This document shows positions 48,675 to 61,497 of a stretch of DNA of 64,000 nt, one piece after another. Origin of the DNA: Vitrella brassicaformis CCMP3155 (lineage: Eukaryota > Protista > Chromerida); the NCBI GenBank assembly GCA_001179505.1, contig CDMY01000878.1, positions 179,395-243,394 on the forward strand, written 5' to 3'. Numbering within the stretch: the stretch's first letter is position 1; each line of letters begins with the position of its first letter. A program made the position numbers and the translations under genes. The notes under the pieces are model-generated. The model saw nothing but the letters and a program-made list of their open reading frames with translations, was not told the DNA's origin and ran no database searches.

Positions 48675-49001
48675 TCATTGAGGCGCTGCGGGTCTCTCTC
48701 TGTGCCTTCTCACCTTCATGGGGGATGAATGCGGCTTCCCTGTATCAGCAGCCGTCTACGTCACACCATTTGTCCCGAATCGTTTTCTTTCCGCTTCAGC
48801 TACGGCGAGGCGCTCGGCTCCTCGATGATGGCACAAAATGCCTTCGCTTCCCTGGGGGCCTTTCTGAAGAAGCCCCTTTTTGGCTCAAAGCGCGCAAGGA
48901 GTGATCGCCTGGAAGACGAAAAGGAGTTTGCCATGGAGTCGCCCTCTCTCCCCACCGTCACGACGAAATCGCAGCGATGACGCCATGATGAAGGCTGTGA
49001 G

Positions 49002-50579
49002 ATGGGCTGCCATCGATATCTCTTGTCGTGCGCCCTCGTCCTGCATCTCCATGCGGACGCGGCTTTCATCCATCGAAGCAGCGCATCTGGGTGGCCTCAC
49101 GGGATGCTTATCAGGTGCGCGAGCAACAGCATACACACACACGAAAGTATCTATCAATGCACTCACAGACATCCCTCTCTCTGAGCATGCGCCTCGCCTT
49201 TGCAGATCAACGAGAGCGAAGGCGAGGAGCGGCGTCAGAATGGCAGCCCCCTCTGCAAATGAAGCGGCGCAGCTCATCCGCGCCAAGGACACCCGGCAGG
49301 CTGCATCCACCTTTCAACAGATGACCGACCATGTCGGTATCAGCCCGGAAGGCATCGCGCTCTTCCACGCCAACGATTACATCAACGCCATGGCCGCATT
49401 CAGAACACAATCCGGTCCGAGGAGCATTGAGAATGCTGTGTGGGAGGCGGCGTGTGTCTATGGGAGGGAGGGGCGGGTCAAGGCTCGTGGCAGGGCGGGT
49501 GTCGGCGCACTCGGCGAGAGCTTGGTGGATGGGAGCGGCGGAAGGAGTGAGGAGGCGCTGGCGATGGTGCATGAGCTGTTCAGGGGTCGGCAGTCCTCTC
49601 TGAAGAACCTCGGACACACTTACCGCTTCGTGAGGCAGGCCAGCCACACGCAGGGGAAGGAAGTGTGATGGTGGTGTCGATTGCTCCCTCTGTGTGTATT
49701 GTCCACACAGGCTGAAGGGCTTCCACCAGCCGACGACGAGCTCGCCGATCTGCAGCAGATGATTCACTTTTATCTCGGTCTCTATTACGAGTGCATCGGT
49801 GATGGACGGAGCAGCGATGACCACTTGAGGGCCGCGCTGCGCCTGCGGGCATCAGCTGATCCGGCTGAGAATCTCTCAGGTCTACACAGTGAGCCGCGCT
49901 GCATGCGTCGACACCCCCCACAGATGGTCTGTCTCCCTTGTATGTTTCTGGCAGGTGTGTATGCGTTCTTGACGGAGCTGCATTGCCTGGTCCGGCACAA
50001 CAGCCTCCCAGACGGTACGGGTGCATCCAGCCAGCCCATGGGCGGGCATCTTTCTATCCATCTATCTTGGGGTGTGGTTTTCGTGCGTGTCCACGCAGAG
50101 TCTGGCCTCTCCCGCCCGGCAACCTGTCGTCAGTGCAAGCGGTCGTTTGTGCCGGAGCACAACCACTCCCTGGCATGCTGCTACCACGCAGGCGTCTTCT
50201 CCGGCAGGTGAGAAGGGACGGAGGGCAGGTCTAGAGGGAGGGAGGGAGGGAGGGAGGGGCATGTGAGACGGGTATGTGGATGGGGGCGTAGAGGCTTGTT
50301 GCTGCCGTGGTGTGTGCAGGTTGAATCGCGTCAACGATGTCGACACCAGTGATTTGGAGTTCTTCTGGTCGTGCTGCGGCGAGTATGACCGAGAGCATCC
50401 TGGGTGAGACACAAAAGCCATCCGATGCTCGTGGAGATGTGAAACAGTGTGTGTGGTGCCGTCAGGTGTGTGGTGACGCGCCACATGAGCTTTGACGAGG
50501 CCGATGACGCGACGACCTGGCGGAGTCCCATGACGGGCCTCACCTGCACTGAGGATGACTACTACGTGCCCGCCAGATG
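49002..50579 (+). CDS. TPR-like protein with bipartite (plastid-type) leader and C-terminal Cys/His zinc-finger-like domain
   Basis: MGCHRYLLSCALVLHLHADAAF...LIR|STRAKARSGVRMAA. TPR-like GIALFHANDY..A and HFYLGLYYECIGD..HLRAAL. C-terminal CRQCKRSF..N..ACCYHAG...FWSCCGEYDREHPG|CVVTRH. Confidence 0.65.
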
Positions 50580-50829
50580 ACATATAGTAGAGATGGATGG
50601 CGCCTATGTGTGTAGGTGATGGGTAAGAGTACGGTGCTCCCTGGCGTGTGTGCGTGTGTATCAGACACTGTGTCTGATTCCACTGGCTTGACTGACTCAA
50701 CCTACTGGACATACATGTGTTTGCTCTTGATGAATGCCATGGTTTGATTTCTGTCTGATATCGATGGCATAATGACGCCGACCATGAACTTTATAAACAA
50801 TGCGACACAGCCACAGGGATGAGTTGTGG

Positions 50830-52835
50830 GTGCCTTGATTGACATTACCTGGCCGTCCATGAGCAAGCCAAACACTCAGTCCACAGTGTATGGCTCGTTG
50901 ATGGAGGTCCTGGCCAGAAAGGCGCAGAAGCACTCACAACCTCATTCATCCACACACACTGCGATTCGCACATCATGACACCAAAAACCGGGCATGCAAT
51001 TCGCTCATCGATAAAGATCTCATCGGTCCAAAACAAAGCCCCTTGGCATGACGCCCTTGCCGCCGCCCATCGTCCGTCACGTGTACGCGGCTCTGACCTT
51101 CGCCACACCGCCTCGAGGGAACTCTGACGGCGCACACACACGAGAAAGAAGGTGTGTTGGCGGCTCGTCTGTGTGTTGTGTTGCAACGTTGACTCACTGA
51201 GTTCTCGGAGTGACTTGGCGTATTCGCTCTCGCCAAGGTTGACACCGCCATACTCCATCCGGAACGGACGGCTGGCGACAAGACAAAATAGCGCACCACA
51301 CACACGGATGCAGTCATCAATCGTGTGCGTCTACTTGTCGGTCATGTGTTGATAGATGTAGCTCTTGAGGTCCCACGCCTGCAGGCGAGCACACCACACC
51401 ACACACACCACAGATATTTCCGTTGACCAATCCACCCATCGATGGATCCCACAGGGGCAGCCATGTCGTGACACGCACCGTTTTGTCGAGTGTCATGGTC
51501 GTGGAGACCTCGTTGCCGGCCGGCATGGTGATGGCCAACGTCACATCCTCAGTCTGACGCTCGGACTCCTGAACCAACAGAGATGGATGGATAGATGACA
51601 TGTCGCATCAGACGGCAGCCTTGCTCGTCATGGCCGCCCACCTTCTGGTCAAAGAAGAACTGACACGCGGCCTGCACACACACAACACACAACGCACCCA
51701 GCGGCTCTGTGTGTGTGTGGGTGTGGGTGTTGCTGTTGTTGTTTCGGTGTGTGGCTGACCGCAGTGTCCCAGTCCTTCTCTGTGAGGAAGAAGACGGCCT
51801 GTCCTCTGTTGGACCCCGTGATCTGCATCACCTCACTGATCTTCTTCTCGTTCTCTGCGGCCACCACACATACACACACACACCGTTTCACCTGCGCTTC
51901 ATGTGGCCGGCTATCTGCTGTCTGGTAAGTCACTGCGTACCGGCTTCCTTCCTGTTCTCTTCAGCCTGCTGACGGCTCTCCTGACACACGTGATTGATGT
52001 ATCGAGCACATTGAACACGCGGCGGCGCATCGGTGTGTGTGGCTGCCTGTGTGTGGTGGGGGTACGTACCTCTTGGCGTTTCCTGCTGGCTGGCGATGCG
52101 TCAGGAGCGCTCTGCTCCCTGCACGCGTGGCATCGAGCGAGCACCAGAGAAGAAGAGAACGGATTGATGTGATGCCACTGTGAGTCCGCATGTGTGAGTG
52201 GAGTGGACGTATGTACCATTCCAATGCTGCTTCCTTCGACAGCCTGCAGTGCACACCACACAACGCAACGCAACGCAACGCAACGCAACGCAACGCAACG
52301 CAACGCAACGCAACGCGAGATGGATGAAAGAATGGATGCGTGTAGCGCTGATATCAGCGATAATTGCTTTGTTTATGGCTTACTCACTTTCTTTCCTCTC
52401 TGAGGCCCTCCTCCTTCCGGATCTCCTCCCTGACCTCATCCAACCTCTGAATCAATCAATTAACCACACGCATCGCATGCCATACACATGGCTGCACGCA
52501 GAGCCTGCCGGCCTTCGTCTCGTCTCGCTGACCGACCTACCTTGAGTGCCTTCTTCTCATCGTCGAATGAGAGGTGCAGCCTGTCTGCTGGGCTGCTGTG
52601 GAGGGCGGTGGAGAGGCGGGAGAGCCGGGCGGGCGGGTGAGACGACTGCAGAATCCGCAGAGAGCAGAAATGCATCGCCTCGTAGTGGCGGTTGCCTGCA
52701 CACAGACACACAGGAGAGCCAGATGCACGTATTGGATGGTATGGCCCTTGCTCACATCTCCCGTCGTTGCTTTGACTTGACTGACCTGTCCATTCCGGCA
52801 CGTGGGTTGGGAAGACGTATTCTCTCGCTTGACCA

Positions 52836-52866
<31 letters not shown>

Positions 52867-52995
52867 CACAGAAAGCCAGCCGAACACAAACAGCGCCATC
52901 AAGCGTCCGTCAGTCTGTCAACCAGCGTCATCGCTTACCGATTTCGGTATCGCCGTATGAGCCACTCAAGAGTGACCAGCCTGGCGCGTGCGCAG
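50830..52995 (-). CDS. Multi-exon protein with UBA-like and ubiquitin-like segments
   Basis: KKISEVMQITGSNRGQAVFFLTEKDWD is UBA-like (UBA_4 type). VTLAITMPAGNEVSTTMTLDKT|AWDLKSYIYQH|RPFRMEYGG is Ubl/UBX-like. Boundaries approximate. Confidence 0.5.
52258..52315 (+). repeat. (CAACG)n pentanucleotide microsatellite in an intron
   Basis: Direct reading shows about 11 tandem CAACG units. Confidence 0.95.
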
Positions 52996-53202
52996 CCATC
53001 AGATCTTCGCTGTTTCTAAGTGCCAATCGACATTACAGCATCCTCAGATCTGGAGATAATCTCCTCGCGCCTTCTTTGCCACTTTCTCGAATGCCGATCA
53101 AAGCAAGGGTTTGCATTTGAGCTCGCATTTTTTCAGGAGGTTCGAAGGACTTTTCCCTCCCGACGCCCCCGATCCTCTGCGCTTTGGCCAGGCCCATTGG
53201 AG

Positions 53203-53760
53203 ATGCATCGTCGTGTGCGGATGTCCGGAACAGCGCGGCTGTATCACATCGTGAACCCCAACCACCCACAGCTGCGGCTGTGGGAGGGCCTCTCCAAGCA
53301 GCCGCAGGTGTACAAGCTCACCCACAGCAGCTCCCCTCCCTCCCAGCCCCTCCCCTCCTTCCCATCTACTGTCGCTGCACCGGCCGCTCAGCGGCCTCCC
53401 ACGGTCGGCTCAGTCGGCCCGTTGGTGCTGCCGCACGCCGCCAGGAAGGACGAGCGGTTCATCCTGACGCCCGCCGTTGCCGATGCGCTCAATCATGAGA
53501 GGGGGCGTGAGAGCCGGCCGGCTGCCGGTCCACCAGAAGGGGACGTCTCACCACCATGTGCTGCTGACGATGGCGGCGTGAGGGAGAAGGAGAGGGATGA
53601 AGAGAGGGATGGGGACGTGGGCGGCGTGGGTGAGGCGGTCAGTGGTGACGGAGATGGTGGCTATGAGTGTCGGTGGCAGCCCCAGCGTGCCTACAGGAGC
53701 CGCAAGTACAACAGGGCATCCTACAAGAGCCGGAGGAGATGGGCCGCCATGAGGAGATAA
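53203..53760 (+). CDS. Hypothetical low-complexity protein
   Basis: Uninterrupted non-microsatellite ORF (LYHIVNPNHPQLRLWEGL...) between two minus-strand genes. Confidence 0.35.
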   Translation: MHRRVRMSGTARLYHIVNPNHPQLRLWEGLSKQPQVYKLTHSSSPPSQPLPSFPSTVAAPAAQRPPTVGSVGPLVLPHAARKDERFILTPAVADALNHERGRESRPAAGPPEGDVSPPCAADDGGVREKERDEERDGDVGGVGEAVSGDGDGGYECRWQPQRAYRSRKYNRASYKSRRRWAAMRR

Positions 53761-54521
53761 ACGGCTATGTATGGTGCTGTTGATTGGGATCCATCTCTGT
53801 CTCGTGCTGGGCTGTGCCATCAGTGCGGTTGTGAATGGCTTTCCCCTATCTGTCGCGGATGAGTGTCCCTGTTGTGAGCGGAGGGGCAAGGAGCTCTGAA
53901 GCTTACGACCGATTGAGCTTTTGAGGCCGTTGTCTCGACGCGCATTTCGGGGGCACAAACACGCGTCGGGGGGCGAGAAGGAGAAGATGTTTGTGTGCGG
54001 CTGCGCTTTCGTGCGGTTGTGTTTTTTCCCGCCTTTGCGGCTGAAGGCCTGTCAGCCTGACACACACGATGGGACAGTGTCATGGACGATGCATGATGCG
54101 TGGATGACGCGTCGTGTTGCTGTTTGTTTTTCCATGGGGAATCCCTCCATGCACCCGCTATTGGCGCGTGTGTCTTCTTCGCATGTGCATTTGAAACTCT
54201 TTTCGGGGGGTTGAGGGGGGATCAGCGAGTCGGTCGGTCGGTCAGTGTGGCGGTGTGACCTGCTCAACGATTTCTTGCGATGGTGGTGTGCATTTCTCGC
54301 GAACACATGACATGAAAGGGCATGTTGATTGTACACACACACACATACACACGCGACATCATGAAAACGATGTCCATTAATTCCATCCACACACGCGTAC
54401 GCAGCGAGAGAGAGAGAGGGAGGGTCGCACTGTACAGCGAGTGAATGCCACACACACACGTCTTCTGTCCGCTGCGCATTATCTACTACGTGCCACCCTG
54501 CCACCCACCCTGCCATCCATA

Positions 54522-55522
54522 TCAGGTGAATCCGACGTCGCCCTCCCTCCTCCTTCCCGACGTCATCCACACCAGCAGCATCTCCTCTACACGCGACTGC
54601 CTCGACGTGTATGTGTCCCAAAAGGTCAGGGCCGCAAACAGCAGGAACAGGACGCCGGCGATGAAGGACATGGTCCGCTGCGACAGCGCCTTCTGCACCA
54701 AAGCCCCCATGACCACGGCCAGCACGGTGGCCAGGGCGTGTCCGATGACCGCCCCGACTGCGACGCCCCCCGCGTTGTAGGTGGCGGCGAGGGCCACGGT
54801 GGATATCATGGACTTGTCCCCCCACTCTGCCAGGAATATCACGCCAAACGCCATGCAGAACAGGGCGTACAGCCGCATCGCAGCAGCAGAGGCGGAGGTC
54901 TTCTAACACAAACACACACACACAGACGCACACGGAGAGAGGGGAGTCATCTTCGTCCATCCAGATCCATCCATCCATCCGATTATCCATCCATCTGTCT
55001 GTCTGTCTGTCTGTTCTCTCACATGAGTGGTGGGCGTGTGGAGGAGTTCGATGGTCTCCTCGGCTTCCTTGAGCGACTCTTGCTGGTGCTCAGGCCTGCG
55101 CACCGCCACATACAGCTCCTGCAGCCCGAAGACGACGAACAGCAGGGCCGAGAGGTACCCCACCCACACGGACGCCACGTGGAACAGCTGCGGGATGGTG
55201 CGGACGGCCGCCCCCATCACCACTGATATCACCGTCATGACCACCAACGCAGCCATGGTGCCGCAAAACACCATCAACTGCGACATCTCCCGGGCCAGCA
55301 GCCTGCAGGACATCGCCCCACACGCACACAGAATGCATCTTCTTCCAGTATGTGTATCGAGCCGCCGCCACGAGATGGTGCACACTGTATAGCGGCGTTC
55401 CTTCCTTGCTTGTCTTACATGGCAATGAAGAATGTCTTATCGCCAATCTCGGAGGATACGGTCATAGAGAGCGATACGATGGTGGAGGCCGTGAAGTCGG
55501 CGAACGACAGCATCGTCGACAT
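54522..55522 (-). CDS. GDT1: GDT1/TMEM165 (UPF0016) Ca2+/Mn2+ antiporter
   Basis: Two E-phi-G-D-K-T/S motifs, SEIGDKTFFIA and FLAEWGDKSMISTVALAA, with the family's hydrophobic helices. The N-terminus may extend further. Confidence 0.93.
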
Positions 55523-55822
55523 GGACGCAGCCAGCTACACCCTCCGCCGTTTGCACAACTCTGTCTGCTACCTCGCCTGGTGGTTGTGTCCTGTGTAAAT
55601 GCATGCACCATGGGGGCTGATGGGCCAACCCGTCTCAATTTGAAACTGTCTTTGCTGGTCCCATGCCGGCTGCGGGGCTCGTTCTCTTTGTTCTTTTCCA
55701 AGGTAAGATGGTGCCGCTCATCCAATTCCCTGAGATGCCTTGCCGTCTGGATGGTCTGATCAGCGGCACTCGCAGCCTTCGATTCTGTTGCATCCACTCA
55801 TCGCAGCCAGCACCACGATGCC

Positions 55823-57146
55823 TTGAACAACGCCACACTGGCCCACGCTCTCCCGTGTAAGCACAGCTCGGGAAAAGATATTCCTTACGAACCGTTTTGC
55901 GCCGCAGCGTGCCCTCCCCAGGACAATCTTGCAGTGAAGCACAGCCTGAGTCGAAAGGGCCAGTTTCAAAAACGCCCATGCGGCGATAAGCGCCTGTGTC
56001 TCCTCGAGTTGCTACCTGAGAAGCAGGCCAAGTTCCTCGACTGCAGCAGCGGACAGGAGGTGGGAGAGAGATGATGGCCGTACGAAGACCCCACCACCTT
56101 TGGCATGACACGTGCACTTGTATTATATGTAGACCATGGGAGAGAGAGAGCTGGGCAGCACCGTCGTAGAGGACGCCTTCACGATCAAGACAGAGGACGG
56201 GAAGACCTGTGACTATCGCTTCTCGACAACAGCATTTTGCGACAACGGTTGGCTGCACAAACGCCTCTCTGGATAGACAACCACTTTCTCTCTACCACGC
56301 AGGTCCGTTGGCTGAGGAAATGGCCAAAGTGCTGCAGAAGAGAGAGAAGAGGGGCCCTTCTTTCGCTGTCTTCCGCCCGAAGAAGAAACAAAGCGGACAG
56401 CAACAAACCGAAAAGCATCAGCAGAATGGTACACGGGATCCATACAGCACCTCTATGATCTCGTGTGGATTGCGTGGATCATAGAGTGCCCTGCCGTCGA
56501 CGAAGGGCCCGCGGGGCTGATCAAAGGCAATCCAGCCGCCGGCATCCAGGGGCCTGGCGAACTGGCCGCCTGCAAGAGCCTTCGCTTTTGCCGAGTTGGC
56601 CACGTGAGCAGAGACAGCGCTCTATTCTCCATCTGGCCATCATTATGTACGTGTGTGTGTATGGTGCAGCACATGACAAAGGCACCAGCCGTCGGATTGG
56701 CGGTCAGTCAGGCTATCCGATTCCATGGCATTCTGTTGGGGCATGTGCGGATGTGTGTTCAGGTGTTTGTCCTCTGCAAGAAGGACCAACTCGATCGAGA
56801 GATCCTCACGGTCAATCCACGCCTTTGCGCGCACAAGCGCACGCACAGAGGAAGACTTGTGTGTGCACCCCTCTGCCTGTCTGCCTGTCTGTCTGTTAGG
56901 AGGTTGGCAGCCGCATTGTGGGCCTCCAGATCAGGGCCGACACCTTCAAAACCACCCCCTCAACCCCCTCCGGGGAACAAGTGGTGCGGAGCTACATCAT
57001 CCCACTCGAGCAGATGGTGCATCAGACGCCTGAGAGAGACGTTCTGCAGTGCAGTGCGCTGGTGCGCGACGGCGAGAAGGCATGCAAGACAGACACGTGA
57101 CAAGCAGTTGGTGTCCGTGCAATGGGCGGATGGATGGAATCAGTGA
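55823..57146 (+). CDS. Hypothetical multi-exon protein
   Basis: Several GT-AG-bounded exon-like segments (FTIKTEDGKTCDYRFST, VFVLCKKDQLDREIL, VVRSYIIPLEQ). No family recognised. Confidence 0.4.
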
Positions 57147-57394
57147 GGAATGGATGGACCAATCGACTTCCGGCGAACACAACACTGACAGACAGACACA
57201 TGGTTGATTAATGAGACCGACCAATCCACAAACATACTCTCCCTTGGTCAAAACGTGTCGCGTCCTTCCCACACACATACACACGCACACAGAGAACAGG
57301 TGCAGCTGGACTGACTTCACAAACAAACACCGAAACATCCGCAGCACACGCACGCCGACTACAAAAGACCGAGAAAAGCTGGCCTAGCCATCAA

Positions 57395-59338
57395 TCATTC
57401 TACGGCGGATGGATACGCCGTCGAGACCCTCTTGCCATAGCGCGAGGAGAAGGTGTGCACCGTCACCTCGACCATGACGTTATCCTGATCGGGTCCGAGG
57501 GGCAGCGACACCTCCAGGCGCTCGCGGCCCAACAGCGCCAGCAGGGAATAAACGGCCATCTCAAACTCGGGAGACGTGCCCACGAACATGCTGCACACAG
57601 AACATGGGGAGTACGAACGATAGGGAAGCGAGTCGTTTGAGCGCATGCATGCCATGCAGGGGGTGTTTGTCGCTTGACAGACAGACCTGCCGACGCCTTT
57701 GAGGTCGCCCTCCCACTTAAACTGGATCGTCACCAACTGGAACTCAGAGGCGTCATCCGATGCAAAGTCGTTCGGGCGGCCCTGGATGCATCACACACAA
57801 AAGGAGACAAAGACAGGGTGTGACTGATCCACAGGATGGCGTGGGAAGGGTGTGGTGTGGTGTGGTGTGGTGGTTACCCGTCTTCTGGGCAAGACGTATC
57901 CGCGGTAGTCCACGCGGCCCTTCCTCTCCTCCAGATAGAATTGGATCCAATTGTGGAAGCCAACCGTCTGACACATGGATACGCACGACGTGTGAAAGAT
58001 GTGTACACAAGCCGGTTGTGGTTGTGTGTTCGCGCACCTTTCCGTCCTTCTCTTCGCCCAGGAAAACGTGTTCGAACCCCGATGAGTCCCTCCTCGTCTC
58101 TCTGCGGTAGAGCGAGAACCACATGCGGTGCATCTCCGCCAGCAGGTCATCCAGGTCGTCAATACCAGACACACCCTTCATGCTCACATACCTGACACAC
58201 ACACACACACACACACACAGACAGATGGACAACGCATGTTTGGTCAGGCGGGCAATCCATTCCCTCGCCCACACACTCCCTAGCTCACTTGGCGAGATAC
58301 TGCATGGGTCCGGTGTCCCCGATGGCGTGCAGGAAGTCCCAGACCTCCCTCTTCTCGGCCTTGCTGACCCTCTCCTCCACGCCAGCCTCACGCACATAGT
58401 TGTCCAGCAGACGCATGAAGGCCTTGACTGTGGGGCGCTCGAAGGCCTCTGGGCTGACGTACTCAATCAGGTGGTCGCTCGCCATGTCCCGCCGGTCATG
58501 CACACGCTTGCCGCCCTGCAGGTTGATTCGGTACTCGACATTGGGGGTCAGCCTGCACACCACACCACACCCACAACCAGGCGATTTGTACAATGAATTG
58601 AATGAGGACAGATTCCCCGCATCATCGTGATGGCGTGCCGTCCGTACTCACCGGTTGTCATCGAGCTGCCACATCTTCCTCACTGCCAGAGAGAGGTCGT
58701 CCAGTTCCTCATCCGTCGGCACGGCAGCAGCCACCCGCAACGGCCGCTTCCGGGCTCCGCCGCCCTCCTCCCCATCTGCAGCGTGTTTGTTCTGCACTGG
58801 ATACGCCGCATGGAGGGCCTCAAGTGCCCGCAGCAATGAGTCGACGCTCAAGTCGCCGCCGTCAATCGGTTCGTTGCGCCGCACGTGCCAGAATGACCTG
58901 AAGGCGTCGACAACGGTGTCCTTCACCTCGTCGGGAGCCTTGGCTGTCAGCTGCCGTATGGCCGTGACCGTTGTTTCCAGGAAGTCTTCGAGCTGATCTG
59001 GCGATGGAGAGGCGCATTTTTCGATGTTGCGCTGAACTTTCTTTAGCGCAGATGCCACATATCTTGCAAAGCCCTCCATCCTCACAAAGCTCTTTCCTTC
59101 AAGTTCTAAGCTCGCAAAAGCGATCGGCTCTTTGTTCCTCTGTACTCTTTCCCACACTTTCAAGGCCTTCCCAGGCCATAGTCAAGCCCCCAGACACAGC
59201 GGAAGGGCAGATCTATCTCGGGGAGGTCATCTCCCGGGATCTCTCTTCTCACCTCACCGCGGGGTGTTCGTTGATGACCGACAGCTTCTGGTGGACACCG
59301 TCTGACCCTTCGCCCGTCTGACCCTTCGCCGTCCCCAT
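57395..59338 (-). CDS. ENDOU: Poly(U)-specific endoribonuclease (EndoU/XendoU family) with N-terminal extension
   Basis: LWQLD-like MWQLDDNRL, FMRLLDNY, MWFSLYRR, DSSGFEHVFLGE, GFHNWIQFYLEE, VDYRGY and FVGTSPEFEMAVYSL. Both catalytic His motifs are present. Confidence 0.95.
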
Positions 59339-59349
59339 CATCAATCAAG

Positions 59350-59508
59350 ATGCGTGTGTGCCTTGCCTCCCTCGTGGCCGCTTGCCTTCATGCGAGCACG
59401 TGCCAGGCGGCCCAGATAGAGATCCATGAGCCCGACGAGCTCAAGGCGGCCTACCAGAGCACCAAGGGCGTCATCGAGGGAGCCACGGCCGTGTTTGGGA
59501 CGCCGGTA

Positions 59509-59539
<31 letters not shown>

Positions 59540-61497
59540 GAGGGGGGACAGAAGGCTGTGAGTGCATGCCCCCCACGACTCACTCATGTGTCCGGTGCGT
59601 GTGTCTTTTCGTGCAGTTTGAGGGTCAGGTGACGGTGGGCCGTGTCGTGTTCGCCGAGTCCAAGCTCAATCAGCAGTATTGCGACGCGGACGACTACGAC
59701 CTCCCACCGGTGCCCCAGTGCAACTGGACGACCAACTACACCTCTCACATTGTCCTCGTCACCCGCGGCCACTGCGCAGACGCACTCAAGGTCCGCATCG
59801 CCCAGGACGCCAAGCGCGCCTTCGCTGTCATAGTGGTGGACAGCGATCCCGGGGCGACTGAGGACGGTCTCAGACACGCCATGCTGACGGACGGTGAGAT
59901 GAATGACCACAGACAGAGGCAGATGCCCGCCTGCACAGCACAGAGGGTTTCATGTGCGCAAGGTAAGTCCTTCTGTGTGTGTGCAGATGGGTCTGGCGCG
60001 CACGTGAGGATTCCTTCTGTGCTAGTGACCCACTCGGCGGGTCAGCGCATCCTGGGTGCCCTCCGTCGCAATCAGACCGTCTTCGTCAAGATGGCTTGGG
60101 ACGCCCCTGTGGTGAGTGAGTGAATGATGCGATGCGATGCGGGCAGCCCAGCCGGCTCATATCGCATGGACGTTGTGCCCTTGGGTGCGGTGCAGGTTGA
60201 CAGCGTCTGCATGGACATGTGGATAACGCCTTCAATACCCAAGAGCCTGCACTTTGTCAGTGAGTTCTCACGCTACGCGCAGGCCCTCAAACACCGGGTG
60301 AGCCAAGGTGGCAAGCCACACACACGAGCCAGAACAGGACAGCACTCCCGAGCGAGGCGCACACGGACCTGTGTGTGTGTGTGTGTGTGTGTGTGACATG
60401 TCAGCTTGACTTTGAGCCGAGGTATTGGATCTTTTCTTTCGCCAAGGGCTCGCCTGACATGTGCCTTGACGATGAGGGCACGTACTGTGCGCTGACGCCT
60501 CGGCACGCCCCGTCCATCACTGGCAGAGACGTTGTCCATGAGTCGCTCCGGTGGGCCGAACAACGTTGACCTCCTGAAACCGGTGCATTTGTCAACTGTC
60601 GCTCGTCGCCCGCCCGTTCGTTGGTGCCTTCAGGCAACTGTGTCTGTGGGACGTGACGAAAACCCGTCTGGCAAATGGGGACAGCGCCTACTCGGAGGTG
60701 TGGTGGAAGTACGCCCAGGACCAGCCGCGCAGGTACCACACGGAAGGCAGGCAGGAAGACGCATGCCAGCCCAGCCAACCCCTCTGTTGCATCCATCTGC
60801 AACCATCAGGTGCAAGCCACGTGGCGATTTCAACGCAGATCCATCCACAACGTTCGGGCAAGAGTGCTCCTACCGATTGATGGCATCTGTGGGTGCACCT
60901 GTGGGCGACGTGCGGCAGTGCGTCGAGAGAGACGCCGCCGACCTGCTCGAGAAGCAGCGCACGTCCCTCGCCTGGTTCCCTATGGCCATTCGGATCAGCG
61001 AGATGCGCTACTTCGGCCCCTTGGACACCGAGCAGATCACACGCGTTATCTGCGCACATTTTCAGGACCCAAAGCCACAGGTCAGTGAGCGAGTCGATGG
61101 ATGGATGGATGGATGGCAGCAAAGAGCGAAGGGCATGGATGTGTGTGTGCCATGTGTGTAGGAGTGTAATATGGCATTGAGGCTGAAGGTCTTGCCTCTG
61201 GGAAAGGCGTCCTCGGGTGAGGTTTTCTGGCTGGCGCTGGTGGCGTCCTCTGCGACACTTATACTCGTAGGGCTTGCTGTCATTACCTGGTAAGCGCACA
61301 CACTCATCTGCGGCCAACGGACATAGACGTGCGTGTGGTGTGTTTTGTTCAGGTCGTGGGTGCGTGACATGCGCACCAAGCCACGGCTGCCGAGGACGGT
61401 TCAGCGCAGTGGCCGTGTGGTGGTGAGTGCTCTGGCTGCCGACGCCTCACACAGGCTGGTCCATCCACAGCTGCAACACGGGCAGCTCTATGTGTGA
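59350..61497 (+). CDS. VSR: Vacuolar sorting receptor-like protein (PA domain + VSR region + TM, short tail)
   Basis: Signal peptide MRVCLASLVAACLHASTCQA. ATAVFGTP, IVLVTRGHC..KVRIAQ, IPSVLV, YCALTP...TGRDVVHESLRQLCLW, YSEVWWKY and RYFGPLD..ITRVICA. TM FWLALVASSATLILVGLAVI. Confidence 0.88.

Noticed and set aside
52258-52315. CAACG array as CRISPR-like or telomeric repeat
   Set aside because: It has no spacers and is a simple intronic microsatellite.
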